In this document: one piece after another, positions 1 to 7,474 of the stretch
Layout: every line of letters begins with the position of its first letter
How positions within the stretch are numbered: the stretch's first letter is position 1
Source: Psychrobacter sp. HD31
GTDB taxonomy: Bacteria > Pseudomonadota > Gammaproteobacteria > Pseudomonadales > Moraxellaceae
Direction: 5' to 3'
DNA: 32,000 bases
NCBI RefSeq assembly: GCF_051097895.1
Contig: NZ_CP142525.1
Span: forward strand, 420,001-452,000
The notes under the pieces: model-generated
The model's database searches: none
What the model was told of the DNA's origin: nothing
Seen by the model: only the letters and a program-made list of their open reading frames with translations
Made by a program: the position numbers and the translations under genes

Positions 1-288
1 TTTGTCACCTGTGGCAATCATTGCTAGGTTAGTACGCGTGTGGCAACGCCATATATCACCCAGTTGTATTGGCTGCCAAAATGGTTCTGGTTCGCCTTCT
101 TCAATGGTAGGTTTTACTGGCATTTGTAAGGGTAAGCCGGTGACTTGTACCTCTAACTGTTTACCGTAGTGTGCTATCACAACGCCATCAAGCAGTTGCT
201 TGCTATCACAAGTATCTGTGGTTGCATTTTGTTTTTTGATGCGACGAAGTTGTTGTTTGGTAAGATTGCGTTGTCTTATTAACGCCAT
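1..288 (-). CDS. rsgA: Ribosome small-subunit-dependent GTPase RsgA (YjeQ), N-terminal 96 codons; the gene runs off the left edge of the window
   Basis: Not in the ORF track because it is open-ended. Reverse complement from the ATG at 288-286 reads MALIRQRNLTKQQLRRIKKQNATTDTCDSKQLLDGVVIAHYGKQLEVQVTG...GDIWRCHTRTNLAMIATGDK with no stop down to base 1. A basic N-terminal tail is followed by the G-x-V-I-A-H-x-G...E-V...RCH-x-R-x-NL...TGD pattern of the RsgA OB-fold domain. The divergent rsgA/orn pairing matches E. coli. Confidence 0.75.
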   Translation of the reverse strand, partial: MALIRQRNLTKQQLRRIKKQNATTDTCDSKQLLDGVVIAHYGKQLEVQVTGLPLQMPVKPTIEEGEPEPFWQPIQLGDIWRCHTRTNLAMIATGDK

Positions 289-436
289 AAGGTAAAAGCC
301 TGCATATTAATGAATGGTTTGTGCGTGTAAAAAATAACCACTAGTTTACCGTGAAAATTTGATAAGATATAGGGTTAAAGTAATTTATTTCGATTTTTAA
401 TCGCCATCAGCTCATAGCAAAAATTTAGGAAAAACG

Positions 437-1021
437 ATGAACCAAAACGCTGCAAAAACAAAAATCAAGCATAAAGGTAAAAAAGGGCTGGTTTGGATAG
501 ACCTTGAAATGACGGGATTAAACACGAATAAAGATGAGATTATTGAAATTGCGACCATAGTAACAGATGACAATTTAAATATTTTGGCAGAAGGCCCTGT
601 AATGGCAATTAAAGTTGCAGACACCGTGCTAAATGGTATGGATGAATGGAATACTAAGCAACATGGGCAGTCTGGGCTGATTGATAGAGTACGCCGTAGT
701 ACAGTTACTTTAGAACAGGCAGAGCAAGAGACCATTAAGTTTTTACAAAAATGGGTAGATGAAGGTAAGTCGCCTATGTGTGGTAATTCCATTTGCCAAG
801 ATAGACGTTTTCTAGCTCGTCAAATGCCAAAATTAGAAAAATATTTCCATTATCGTAATTTGGATGTGTCTTCTGTTAAAGAGTTGGCATTCCGCTGGCG
901 ACCTGATGTTTTATCAAGCTTTGAGAAAAAAGGCAGCCACTTAGCACTGGATGATATCCGTGATTCTATTAGAGAGTTAAAGCACTATCGAGCACACTTT
1001 TTTAATATGGGTGCCCAGTAA
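437..1021 (+). CDS. orn: Oligoribonuclease
   Basis: 194-aa ORF. It shows DEDDh exonuclease signatures (WIDLEMTGL near the N-terminus, C-terminal [11 protein letters not shown]) and full-length resemblance to Orn. Length and position next to rsgA fit. Confidence 0.93.
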   Translation: MNQNAAKTKIKHKGKKGLVWIDLEMTGLNTNKDEIIEIATIVTDDNLNILAEGPVMAIKVADTVLNGMDEWNTKQHGQSGLIDRVRRSTVTLEQAEQETIKFLQKWVDEGKSPMCGNSICQDRRFLARQMPKLEKYFHYRNLDVSSVKELAFRWRPDVLSSFEKKGSHLALDDIRDSIRELKHYRAHFFNMGAQ

Positions 1022-1074
1022 GCGTTAATTGACAAAACATGCAATAATTAATAAACCATCAATAAGTTTGATTT

Positions 1075-1083
1075 TGATATAAT
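1075..1083 (+). promoter_or_regulatory. Candidate extended -10 promoter element (TGaTATAAT) upstream of the queD-like/tsaE/mutL/miaA gene string
   Basis: TG at 1075-1076, one spacer base, then a perfect TATAAT at 1078-1083, about 58 nt upstream of the ATG at 1141. There is no good -35 at 17 bp, and a TTGACA at 1029-1034 is too far away. Such motifs arise by chance in AT-rich DNA. Confidence 0.3.
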
Positions 1084-1140
1084 CGAACGGTGATTTTTTT
1101 ACTTTTTTATATCCTATTAAACACATTAAAATAAATAACT

Positions 1141-1737
1141 ATGCGTATCCGTAAACTATTTAAATTTGAAAATGCCCACATTGTGCGTAACTGTAGCTCT
1201 GACCGTTGCAAACGTTCTATCCATGGGCATAGCTATCAGGTTGAGCTTATTTTAGAAGCCCACCGACTTGACCATGGGCAAATGGTATATGACTTTGGTT
1301 TATTAAAATCGTCGATTAAAGATTTAATAGACAGCTTTGATCATGCCATTTGCTTTTGGGATAAAGACGACCCAAAGTACATAAAAATGTGCAAAGAGTT
1401 TAGCGCAAGGTGGATTAGCTTGCCTGTGTCGCCATCGGCAGAGCAATTTAGCCGTATTATCTTTTTTTGGGCAGATGCCATTTTAAAGCAAACCCAAATG
1501 CAAAATGGCGAGGCAGACGTTAAGGTATATTCTGTCATTGCGCACGAGACTGCAACAGGTTATGCTCAATGTTTTGCTGATGATGTAACCAATGAGCAAA
1601 TGGGCAAATTAGCACTAGCAGATTTTACTTTTAGCGAGCAAATTAAAATCGAATGGAGCGACTCAGCCATGTACGATAAATTGATTGCTGGTGAGGCTTT
1701 CATTAATCCAGAAGTAGCGTTGCAGGTTAAAGTCTAA
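1141..1737 (+). CDS. 6-pyruvoyl-tetrahydropterin synthase / QueD family protein (6-carboxytetrahydropterin synthase-like) with a C-terminal extension
   Basis: 198-aa ORF. It carries FKFENAHIV (the F-x-F-x-x-AH start of the T-fold), CKRSIHGHSYQV (the Cys-x5-HGH zinc/catalytic motif) and a later IAHETATGYA element. It is about 45 residues longer at the C-terminus than the 121-aa E. coli QueD. Confidence 0.7.
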   Translation: MRIRKLFKFENAHIVRNCSSDRCKRSIHGHSYQVELILEAHRLDHGQMVYDFGLLKSSIKDLIDSFDHAICFWDKDDPKYIKMCKEFSARWISLPVSPSAEQFSRIIFFWADAILKQTQMQNGEADVKVYSVIAHETATGYAQCFADDVTNEQMGKLALADFTFSEQIKIEWSDSAMYDKLIAGEAFINPEVALQVKV

Positions 1738-2231
1738 TGAGTAAGGTTAGCATTGTATTAACCAGTGAAGAAGATACCCAAAAACTAGGCGAGCAATTAG
1801 CTAAGCTAAACATTAGCGGCTGTGTATTTTTATCGGGTGACTTAGGGGCAGGTAAAACTACATTAACCCGCTATTGGCTCAGAGCTCTAGGGCATAGTGG
1901 CGCTGTAAAAAGCCCAACTTATACGTTGGTAGAGCCGTATTCTATTGTAGAAGATAATAACCAAAATAAGCCTGTTTACCATGCCGATTTTTATCGTTTG
2001 CAAGACCCAGAAGAACTGTCTTTTATAGGATTTGATGAGTATTTAGAAGAAGACAAAGCTTTAGCAATTATTGAGTGGGCAAGTAAGGCAGACGGTTACT
2101 TGCCAGAGCCTGTTTTGCTTATAAACATAGCTAAGCAAGATGATGATAGCCGTATGGTGACAATCACCTTGACTAAAGCAACTGAAAAACTAAATAAAAA
2201 CATAAATATTGATTTGCTAAAAAGCATTTAA
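1737..2231 (+). CDS. tsaE: tRNA threonylcarbamoyladenosine (t6A) biosynthesis ATPase TsaE (YjeE)
   Basis: 164-aa ORF whose ATG overlaps the upstream stop (TAATG). It has the P-loop GDLGAGKTTLTR, then SPTYTLVEPY and HADFYRL, typical of TsaE. It sits upstream of mutL as in E. coli. Confidence 0.9.
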   Translation: MSKVSIVLTSEEDTQKLGEQLAKLNISGCVFLSGDLGAGKTTLTRYWLRALGHSGAVKSPTYTLVEPYSIVEDNNQNKPVYHADFYRLQDPEELSFIGFDEYLEEDKALAIIEWASKADGYLPEPVLLINIAKQDDDSRMVTITLTKATEKLNKNINIDLLKSI

Positions 2232-2244
2232 ACTAAAACATTCT

Positions 2245-3834
2245 ATGAGCATCGCCACTTCTCGTATCCAAAAATTATCACCATTGCTAATTAATCAGCT
2301 AGCAGCAGGTGAGGTTGTCACTCGACCTGCTTCTGTTGTAAAAGAAGTGCTAGAAAACGCCATTGATGCTGCGGCAACTCAAATAGAAATACGCATTACC
2401 CAAGGCGGTATGGGCATTATAGAAATCAGTGACAATGGAGTAGGGATACACCCTGACGATATGCAAATGGCGGTTACTCGCCATGCAACTAGTAAAGTGG
2501 CGGATGTAGAAAGCCTGTACGGAATCAATACGCTTGGTTTTCGTGGTGAGGCATTGGCATCAATTGCGGCTGTTTCTCGGCTTAGCTTAACCAGCAGCCA
2601 TGATGATAGTGGTGTTGGGCGCTGTTTAAATGTTGCAGGGGTTATTGATGGCAAAGTTGATATTGTGCCTTGTGTGTGCCAAAGAGGCACAACCGTAACG
2701 GTTAAAGATTTGTATTTTAATGTGCCTGCTCGCCGTGGTAACCTAAAAAATGTGGCGACTGAATATGCCCACATTGAGTCAGTTATTCGTCAAATTGCTC
2801 TTGCCTATGCTGATATTGACTTAACCCTATATCATGAGGGCAAAAAACGCTTAACGCTAAGCGCACAAGCCGATAAATCAAGCAAAGCACAGCATAACCG
2901 TTTACAGCAGGCATTGGCAATTGGATTACCAAAAAATGGATATCCGTTGGCAATAGATTTGTCTGGGCTGCTAAATAATTCTGTTCAAAGCCAATTAGTT
3001 AAACCAAAAATCGACGGTTGGATTTGGCTTGATGATAATTTACAACCCAATACCGACTTACCTAAATTGATTTATATTAATGGTAGGTTGGTTAAAAATG
3101 TTTCGATTAGTCAGCAAGTTAGGCAGGCGGTTAATAGTTTGGACATCGGCTTTCAAACGGTTGGCTATGCGTTGTTTTTTACTTTGCCAAATGAGTGGTG
3201 TAACTTAAACGTACACCCAAGCAAACAACGTATCAATATCCACGCGCTTACTAATATCAATGCATACCTTTATCAAGCAATTAGAGCCTTGTTGCAACCA
3301 AACATTGCAGCTATTAAAAAAAGTGCAAATAGTTTAAGCACAAGCATTGAAGAGTTGAAGGTCAGTCAAAATAACGAGAGTAGCAGCGATAAGTTGGACG
3401 TTGATGATGTTAACTATGCTACTTCAGCTAATTTAGTTAATTCAGGTTTAGACAAAACAACTCATGCTGTACATAGTCCGTCAGAAACTTATCAAGTGGG
3501 TGATGTTGCAGATTTGGCTTGTGATGATAAGCTAGAACAAATTGAGTTGGCATTAGATTTTATATCTGAAGCAAGATATGAAACTTTGTTGAATCAATTT
3601 TTAACATTAGATAATAATAAATGGTATAACCTTAAAGACGATGTTTTATCAAAGGATGATTCGGTTGATATCCAAATATCAAATAGCATTGATATTATGT
3701 CGATAAAAGTGCCAGAAGATACTGAGGTGAGCGGGCATTTATCAGGCGGTAGTGTTTCTGAATGGGCTTTGATTATTCTCATAGATAAAAAAACTTTGCA
3801 GATTGCCCATGCCACATATAAAGTTAGTAGATAG
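2245..3834 (+). CDS. mutL: DNA mismatch repair protein MutL with an intact N-terminal ATPase/transducer region and a missing or truncated C-terminal domain
   Basis: GHKL ATPase motifs are all present: EVLENAIDA, DNGVGI, LGFRGEALASI, GTTVTVKDLYFNVPARR. The transducer motif NVHPSKQRINI is also present. The product is only 529 aa (E. coli MutL is 615 aa). I found no DQHA/CPHGRP/QxLLxP type C-terminal motifs (see findings). Confidence 0.85.
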   Translation: MSIATSRIQKLSPLLINQLAAGEVVTRPASVVKEVLENAIDAAATQIEIRITQGGMGIIEISDNGVGIHPDDMQMAVTRHATSKVADVESLYGINTLGFRGEALASIAAVSRLSLTSSHDDSGVGRCLNVAGVIDGKVDIVPCVCQRGTTVTVKDLYFNVPARRGNLKNVATEYAHIESVIRQIALAYADIDLTLYHEGKKRLTLSAQADKSSKAQHNRLQQALAIGLPKNGYPLAIDLSGLLNNSVQSQLVKPKIDGWIWLDDNLQPNTDLPKLIYINGRLVKNVSISQQVRQAVNSLDIGFQTVGYALFFTLPNEWCNLNVHPSKQRINIHALTNINAYLYQAIRALLQPNIAAIKKSANSLSTSIEELKVSQNNESSSDKLDVDDVNYATSANLVNSGLDKTTHAVHSPSETYQVGDVADLACDDKLEQIELALDFISEARYETLLNQFLTLDNNKWYNLKDDVLSKDDSVDIQISNSIDIMSIKVPEDTEVSGHLSGGSVSEWALIILIDKKTLQIAHATYKVSR

Positions 3835-3843
3835 AATAATAAA

Positions 3844-4917
3844 ATGCAAAAACTGAATATTACTCCCAATAGCGTTATTAGCCTAATGGCACCAACAGCC
3901 AGTGGTAAAACCGCTTTGGCGTATGAATTATATGACACAGGTCGCTACGAACTGATTTCGGTAGATTCGGCACTTATCTACCGTGATATGAATATTGGCA
4001 CAGCAAAACCCACCATACAAGAGTTGCAAGATTACCCACATCATATTGTAGATATTATTGACCCGAATCAAACTTATAATGTGGCAGATTTTGTGCGCGA
4101 TGTTGAGCGTTTGATAACGGACATTCACAATCGTGGCAAAATCCCATTGTTGGTTGGGGGTACAATGATGTACTACATGGCATTGTTTGATGGGCTATCA
4201 AGTGTGCCAGATAGTGACCCTATTATACGTACAGAAGTAGAACAGTGGCGTCAGGCAGAAGGCATCGAGGCCTTGCATCAATATCTGCATGGTATTGATG
4301 AACTAACGGCAAAACGCCTACACAGTACAGATACCCAACGTATTACGAGAGCTGTTGAGGTATATAAACAAACAGGCAAACCAATTAGTGAGTGGCAGGC
4401 ACTGCCAAAACAAGCATTGGCACATAACCCACAACAAAATTGGATAGGATTAGGCGTTATGCCTGATAGACAATGGCTGCATGCAAGAATAGAGATGCGT
4501 TTAGAAATTATGTGGCAAAATGGATTTGTTCCAGAAGTGTTAGGTTTAATAAAAAAATATAATTTAACACAAACAATGCCTTCTATGCGTTGTGTGGATT
4601 ATCGGCAGGTAATCGATTATTTATTAGCAGTCGATAAAATTTATGTAGAAAATGGCTTCTTACAGCTTAAAGAAGGTGTTGACGAAACATTTAATCCTTT
4701 TTCAAAAAAAAATCAGCGAAAAGAGTTAGTTGTCGTGGATGATGCTTGTCAAGATATGAAAAATAAGGCATTATATGCAACTAGGCAGCTGGCAAAGCGT
4801 CAAACCACATGGCTAAGAAAATTAAATAAACTTGCCAATAGTGATTTGGATAATCATAAAAGCTTGTCAATATTGTCTGCAAACAGTATCGAGAAAGTTA
4901 AACAACTGCTGATATAA
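3844..4917 (+). CDS. miaA: tRNA dimethylallyltransferase (i6A37 synthase) MiaA
   Basis: 357-aa ORF with P-loop MAPTASGKTALA, DSALIYRDMNIGTAKP, GGTMMYY and a C-terminal ATRQLAKRQTTWLR. It lies in the conserved mutL-miaA-hfq position. It carries an insertion of about 35 aa before the ATRQLAKRQ helix. Confidence 0.95.
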   Translation: MQKLNITPNSVISLMAPTASGKTALAYELYDTGRYELISVDSALIYRDMNIGTAKPTIQELQDYPHHIVDIIDPNQTYNVADFVRDVERLITDIHNRGKIPLLVGGTMMYYMALFDGLSSVPDSDPIIRTEVEQWRQAEGIEALHQYLHGIDELTAKRLHSTDTQRITRAVEVYKQTGKPISEWQALPKQALAHNPQQNWIGLGVMPDRQWLHARIEMRLEIMWQNGFVPEVLGLIKKYNLTQTMPSMRCVDYRQVIDYLLAVDKIYVENGFLQLKEGVDETFNPFSKKNQRKELVVVDDACQDMKNKALYATRQLAKRQTTWLRKLNKLANSDLDNHKSLSILSANSIEKVKQLLI

Positions 4918-4969
4918 AAAACAATAATGTAAGCTTTAGCAAGGCATTTGCCAAGCATGATTTATATTT

Positions 4970-4997
4970 TTCAGCCCGAAACAATTATAAATATAAT
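4970..4997 (+). promoter_or_regulatory. Candidate sigma70 promoter for hfq (TTCAGC-16 nt-TATAAT)
   Basis: A perfect TATAAT at 4992-4997 with a weak -35 (TTCAGC, 4970-4975) at 16-nt spacing, about 95 nt upstream of the hfq ATG. Sequence-only prediction in AT-rich DNA. Confidence 0.25.
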
Positions 4998-5091
4998 AAA
5001 TATTTTGCTTTAGGTTTTTATTATGGTGTCTATTAATTTTTATTTATATTAGTAATTCATAAAGTTACCCTTTTTTAGGTAGGAGACTCTT

Positions 5092-5661
5092 ATGTCTAAA
5101 GGACAAACATTGCAAGACCCATTTTTAAATACATTGCGTAAAGATCGCATTCCTGTGTCAATTTTTTTGGTTAACGGTATAAAGCTGCAAGGACAAATCG
5201 AGTCTTTTGATCAGTATGTTATTTTATTAAAAAACACAGTGAGTCAAATGGTATATAAACATGCCATTTCTACTGTCGTACCTGCGCGCAATCCACGTGC
5301 TGCTGGAGGTGGCTCTATGCCTCAGTCATCAGGGTATCAAGGTGGCGACATGAGCGCAGGATTTGAACAACAAACCCCAGCAGCTGGCTTTACTCAAGAA
5401 CGTCCTGGTTTTGGAAGCAACCCACGCACGGGTTTTGGTGGCAATCCAACTCAACGTAGCGGGGTAAATCAAGATCGCGGTGGATTCAGTCAGGATCGTG
5501 GTTTTGGACAAGAACGTGGCTTTGGGCAAGAGCGTGGTAGCTTTAGTAATAACCAAGGTTTTAAAGATCGAGGTGGGTTTGATGAAAGAGGCTTTGATGA
5601 CGGTGCCGAAAAGCCAAATTTTGATGTTGATAATGGCAACGACTTTGGTAACAATTCATAA
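5092..5661 (+). CDS. hfq: RNA chaperone Hfq with a long Gly/Phe/Gln/Arg-rich C-terminal extension
   Basis: A GGAG RBS lies 9 nt upstream. The Sm core [64 protein letters not shown] is near-canonical. About 120 extra residues of repetitive RGFGQE/GGF-type sequence follow. Confidence 0.97.
   Translation: MSKGQTLQDPFLNTLRKDRIPVSIFLVNGIKLQGQIESFDQYVILLKNTVSQMVYKHAISTVVPARNPRAAGGGSMPQSSGYQGGDMSAGFEQQTPAAGFTQERPGFGSNPRTGFGGNPTQRSGVNQDRGGFSQDRGFGQERGFGQERGSFSNNQGFKDRGGFDERGFDDGAEKPNFDVDNGNDFGNNS
5497..5538 (+). repeat. Imperfect 18-bp tandem repeat inside hfq encoding RGFGQE units
   Basis: cgtggttttggacaagaa (5497-5514) and cgtggctttgggcaagag (5515-5532) are followed by a partial third unit, cgtggt. 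More diverged units flank them on both sides. Confidence 0.7.
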
Positions 5662-5833
5662 CTGAATTAGCAATATTTAGATAAACAGTGAATCGCTAGA
5701 TATGGTATAGTTTGTACCTAATTATGTAATAACTTGCCAAGTGTTTTCATTGTAGATTTTGCAGTTGTAAACTTTACATTATATCGTTTTAAACTTCCAA
5801 CTGTTTTGTCATGGGCAGTGTTTGGGCGATATT

Positions 5834-5865
5834 AAAAAGGGTCTGTTATTACAGATCCTTTTTTT
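5834..5865 (+). terminator. Rho-independent terminator downstream of hfq
   Basis: Stem GGGTCTG (5839-5845) pairs with CAGATCC (5852-5858), with one G-U pair and a 6-nt loop. It is flanked by A5 upstream and T7 (5859-5865) downstream. Confidence 0.8.
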
Positions 5866-5898
5866 ATTTAAAATGTAAACTAATAAATAGAGTAAAAA

Positions 5899-6888
5899 AT
5901 GAATCAAGAAGTCAACATCGCTCCTAAACAATTAATTCAACATGCCAAACATGCAATAGAGACTGAAATCTCGGCATTAAAAATACTGTCAGAAGAAATT
6001 GATGAGCGGTTTGAAAACGCGTGTCAAACAATTCTTAATTGCCACGGTCGTGTGGTGATTACAGGCATGGGAAAGTCAGGTTTAGTTGGGCGTAAAATTG
6101 CAGCGACGTTTGCTTCTACAGGTACGCCATCATTTTTTATGCACCCAGGTGAAGCAGGACATGGCGATTTGGGGATGCTGGTTGCAGGAGACGTTTTGAT
6201 TGCAATTTCTAACTCTGGTAATTCAGATGAAATTAATACACTTTTGCCAGTGGTTAAAAGGTTACAAATTCCGTTAATTAGTATCAGTCGTGATACTCGT
6301 GGTAGCCTGCCAAAGGCAGCAAATATTGCTTTAACTTTAGGCAAGTCCGAAGAAGCCTGCCCACTGGGATTGGCGCCAACCTCCAGCACAACGGCAACCT
6401 TGGCAATTGGTGATGCACTTGCAGTTGCACTTGTGTATGCCCGAGACTTTACTTCAGAAGACTTTGCGATGTCTCATCCTGCTGGGGCATTAGGTAAAAA
6501 GTTATTAACTAAAGTCGCCGATTTAATGCACACAGATGCTGAGAATTTACCACAAGTCAAAGAGTCTGAAACGCTTGAAGAAGCGCTATTTTCAATGACA
6601 GGTGGGCGTTTAGGCATGACAGTGATTGTTGATGATAATAAAAAAGTAAAAGGTATTTTTACTGATGGTGACTTACGTCGTGGGTTTAAAAATAACATTA
6701 ACATGACAACTAAAATTGCCGATATTATGACCAAAAACCCTAAAACTGTGACTAAAAATATGCGTGCATCGGATGCCCTTACCGTAATGAACGAAAAAGG
6801 AGTCATGCAACTGCTAGTACTAACAGATGATGGCAAGTTAGATGGCGTAGTGAGCATGCATGATCTGGTGCAGGCAGGGGTTAAATAA
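5899..6888 (+). CDS. kdsD: Arabinose-5-phosphate isomerase KdsD (SIS domain plus tandem CBS domains)
   Basis: 329-aa ORF. The SIS motif reads VVITGMGKSGLVGRKIAATFASTGTPSFF...GDLGM. The C-terminal CBS pair ends in GVVSMHDLVQAG. kdsC-lptC-lptA-lptB follow. Confidence 0.95.
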   Translation: MNQEVNIAPKQLIQHAKHAIETEISALKILSEEIDERFENACQTILNCHGRVVITGMGKSGLVGRKIAATFASTGTPSFFMHPGEAGHGDLGMLVAGDVLIAISNSGNSDEINTLLPVVKRLQIPLISISRDTRGSLPKAANIALTLGKSEEACPLGLAPTSSTTATLAIGDALAVALVYARDFTSEDFAMSHPAGALGKKLLTKVADLMHTDAENLPQVKESETLEEALFSMTGGRLGMTVIVDDNKKVKGIFTDGDLRRGFKNNINMTTKIADIMTKNPKTVTKNMRASDALTVMNEKGVMQLLVLTDDGKLDGVVSMHDLVQAGVK

Positions 6889-6898
6889 GGAGATTTTA

Positions 6899-7429
6899 AT
6901 GATGCACGATTTAATTAAAAAAGCAAAAAATGTAAAATTATTGGCATTAGATGTTGATGGCATTTTGTCTGACGGTAAAATTATTTATGATGCAAATGGT
7001 GTAGAAACAAAAGCGTTTTATGTGCAAGATGGCGTTGGTATTAAAGCATTGCAAGATAATGGTGTTGTCGTTGCAATTATTACAGGGCGCACTAGCCCAA
7101 TGGTTGCAAAACGTGCACAAGAATTGAATATTACACACATAGTACAGGGGCGTGATGATAAAATTACCGCTCTAACCGAGCTTACAAAAGAGTTAGACTT
7201 ATCGTTTGCTGATTGTGCTTATATGGGAGATGATTTACCTGATATAAAAGCTTTGCAAGCGGTTGGGTTCTCAGCCAGTGTGCCAAATGCACATCAAGAA
7301 GTTGTTAAATATGTTGATATGGTAACCACCAGATGTGGAGGCTATGGCGCAGTACGTGAAGTTGCCGATACCATTTTAAAAGGTATTGGTAAATATGAAG
7401 ATTTTATTTGCCAATATGTATCTAAATAA
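6899..7429 (+). CDS. kdsC: 3-deoxy-D-manno-octulosonate 8-phosphate phosphatase KdsC
   Basis: HAD motif I LALDVDGILSDG, GRTS, and MGDDLPD. I start it at the ATG at 6899 (AAGGAG at 6887-6892, 6-nt spacing) rather than the track start at 6860, which overlaps the kdsD end. Confidence 0.9.
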   Translation: MMHDLIKKAKNVKLLALDVDGILSDGKIIYDANGVETKAFYVQDGVGIKALQDNGVVVAIITGRTSPMVAKRAQELNITHIVQGRDDKITALTELTKELDLSFADCAYMGDDLPDIKALQAVGFSASVPNAHQEVVKYVDMVTTRCGGYGAVREVADTILKGIGKYEDFICQYVSK

Positions 7430-7474
7430 TTTCCCTTTTAAGTTAATAAATCGTTATAGAATGTTGGAGCCTTT

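Noticed and set aside
412-792. 126-aa ORF antisense to orn. The same class includes 1341-1538, 2379-2774, 3594-3938, 3928-4128, 6024-6389, 6474-6857, 6947-7138, 9642-9884, 10281-10529, 12207-12686, 15294-15773, 19008-19229, 20221-20448, 20700-21212, 21712-21978, 22494-22703, 22820-23083, 23519-24290, 24736-24930, 26994-27270 and 30329-30906.
   Set aside because: All lie entirely within, or opposite to, ORFs with strong family signatures. Their translations are low-complexity or hydrophobic with no recognisable motifs, and they have no RBS or promoter context. They are typical shadow ORFs.
4704-4712. A9 tract in miaA as a dedicated phase-variation switch.
   Set aside because: Nine-nt A runs are expected fairly often in an AT-rich genome, and nothing else (contingency-gene context, surface function) supports programmed switching. 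I kept it only as a slippage-prone site under the miaA finding.
5329-5665. Two ORFs (75 aa on the minus strand, 61 aa on the plus strand) overlapping the hfq tail region.
   Set aside because: They are out-of-frame or antisense readings of the repetitive GGN/CGN-rich hfq tail. Such repeats keep several frames open by chance.
6860-6898. Upstream extensions of kdsC (6860). Similar cases are lptA (8057), lptB (8639), rlpA (11671), ftsY (15025) and the MarC gene (21454).
   Set aside because: They use non-ATG starts or overlap the preceding gene. Internal ATGs have better Shine-Dalgarno spacing and give family-typical N-termini or signal peptides. Exact starts remain unverified.
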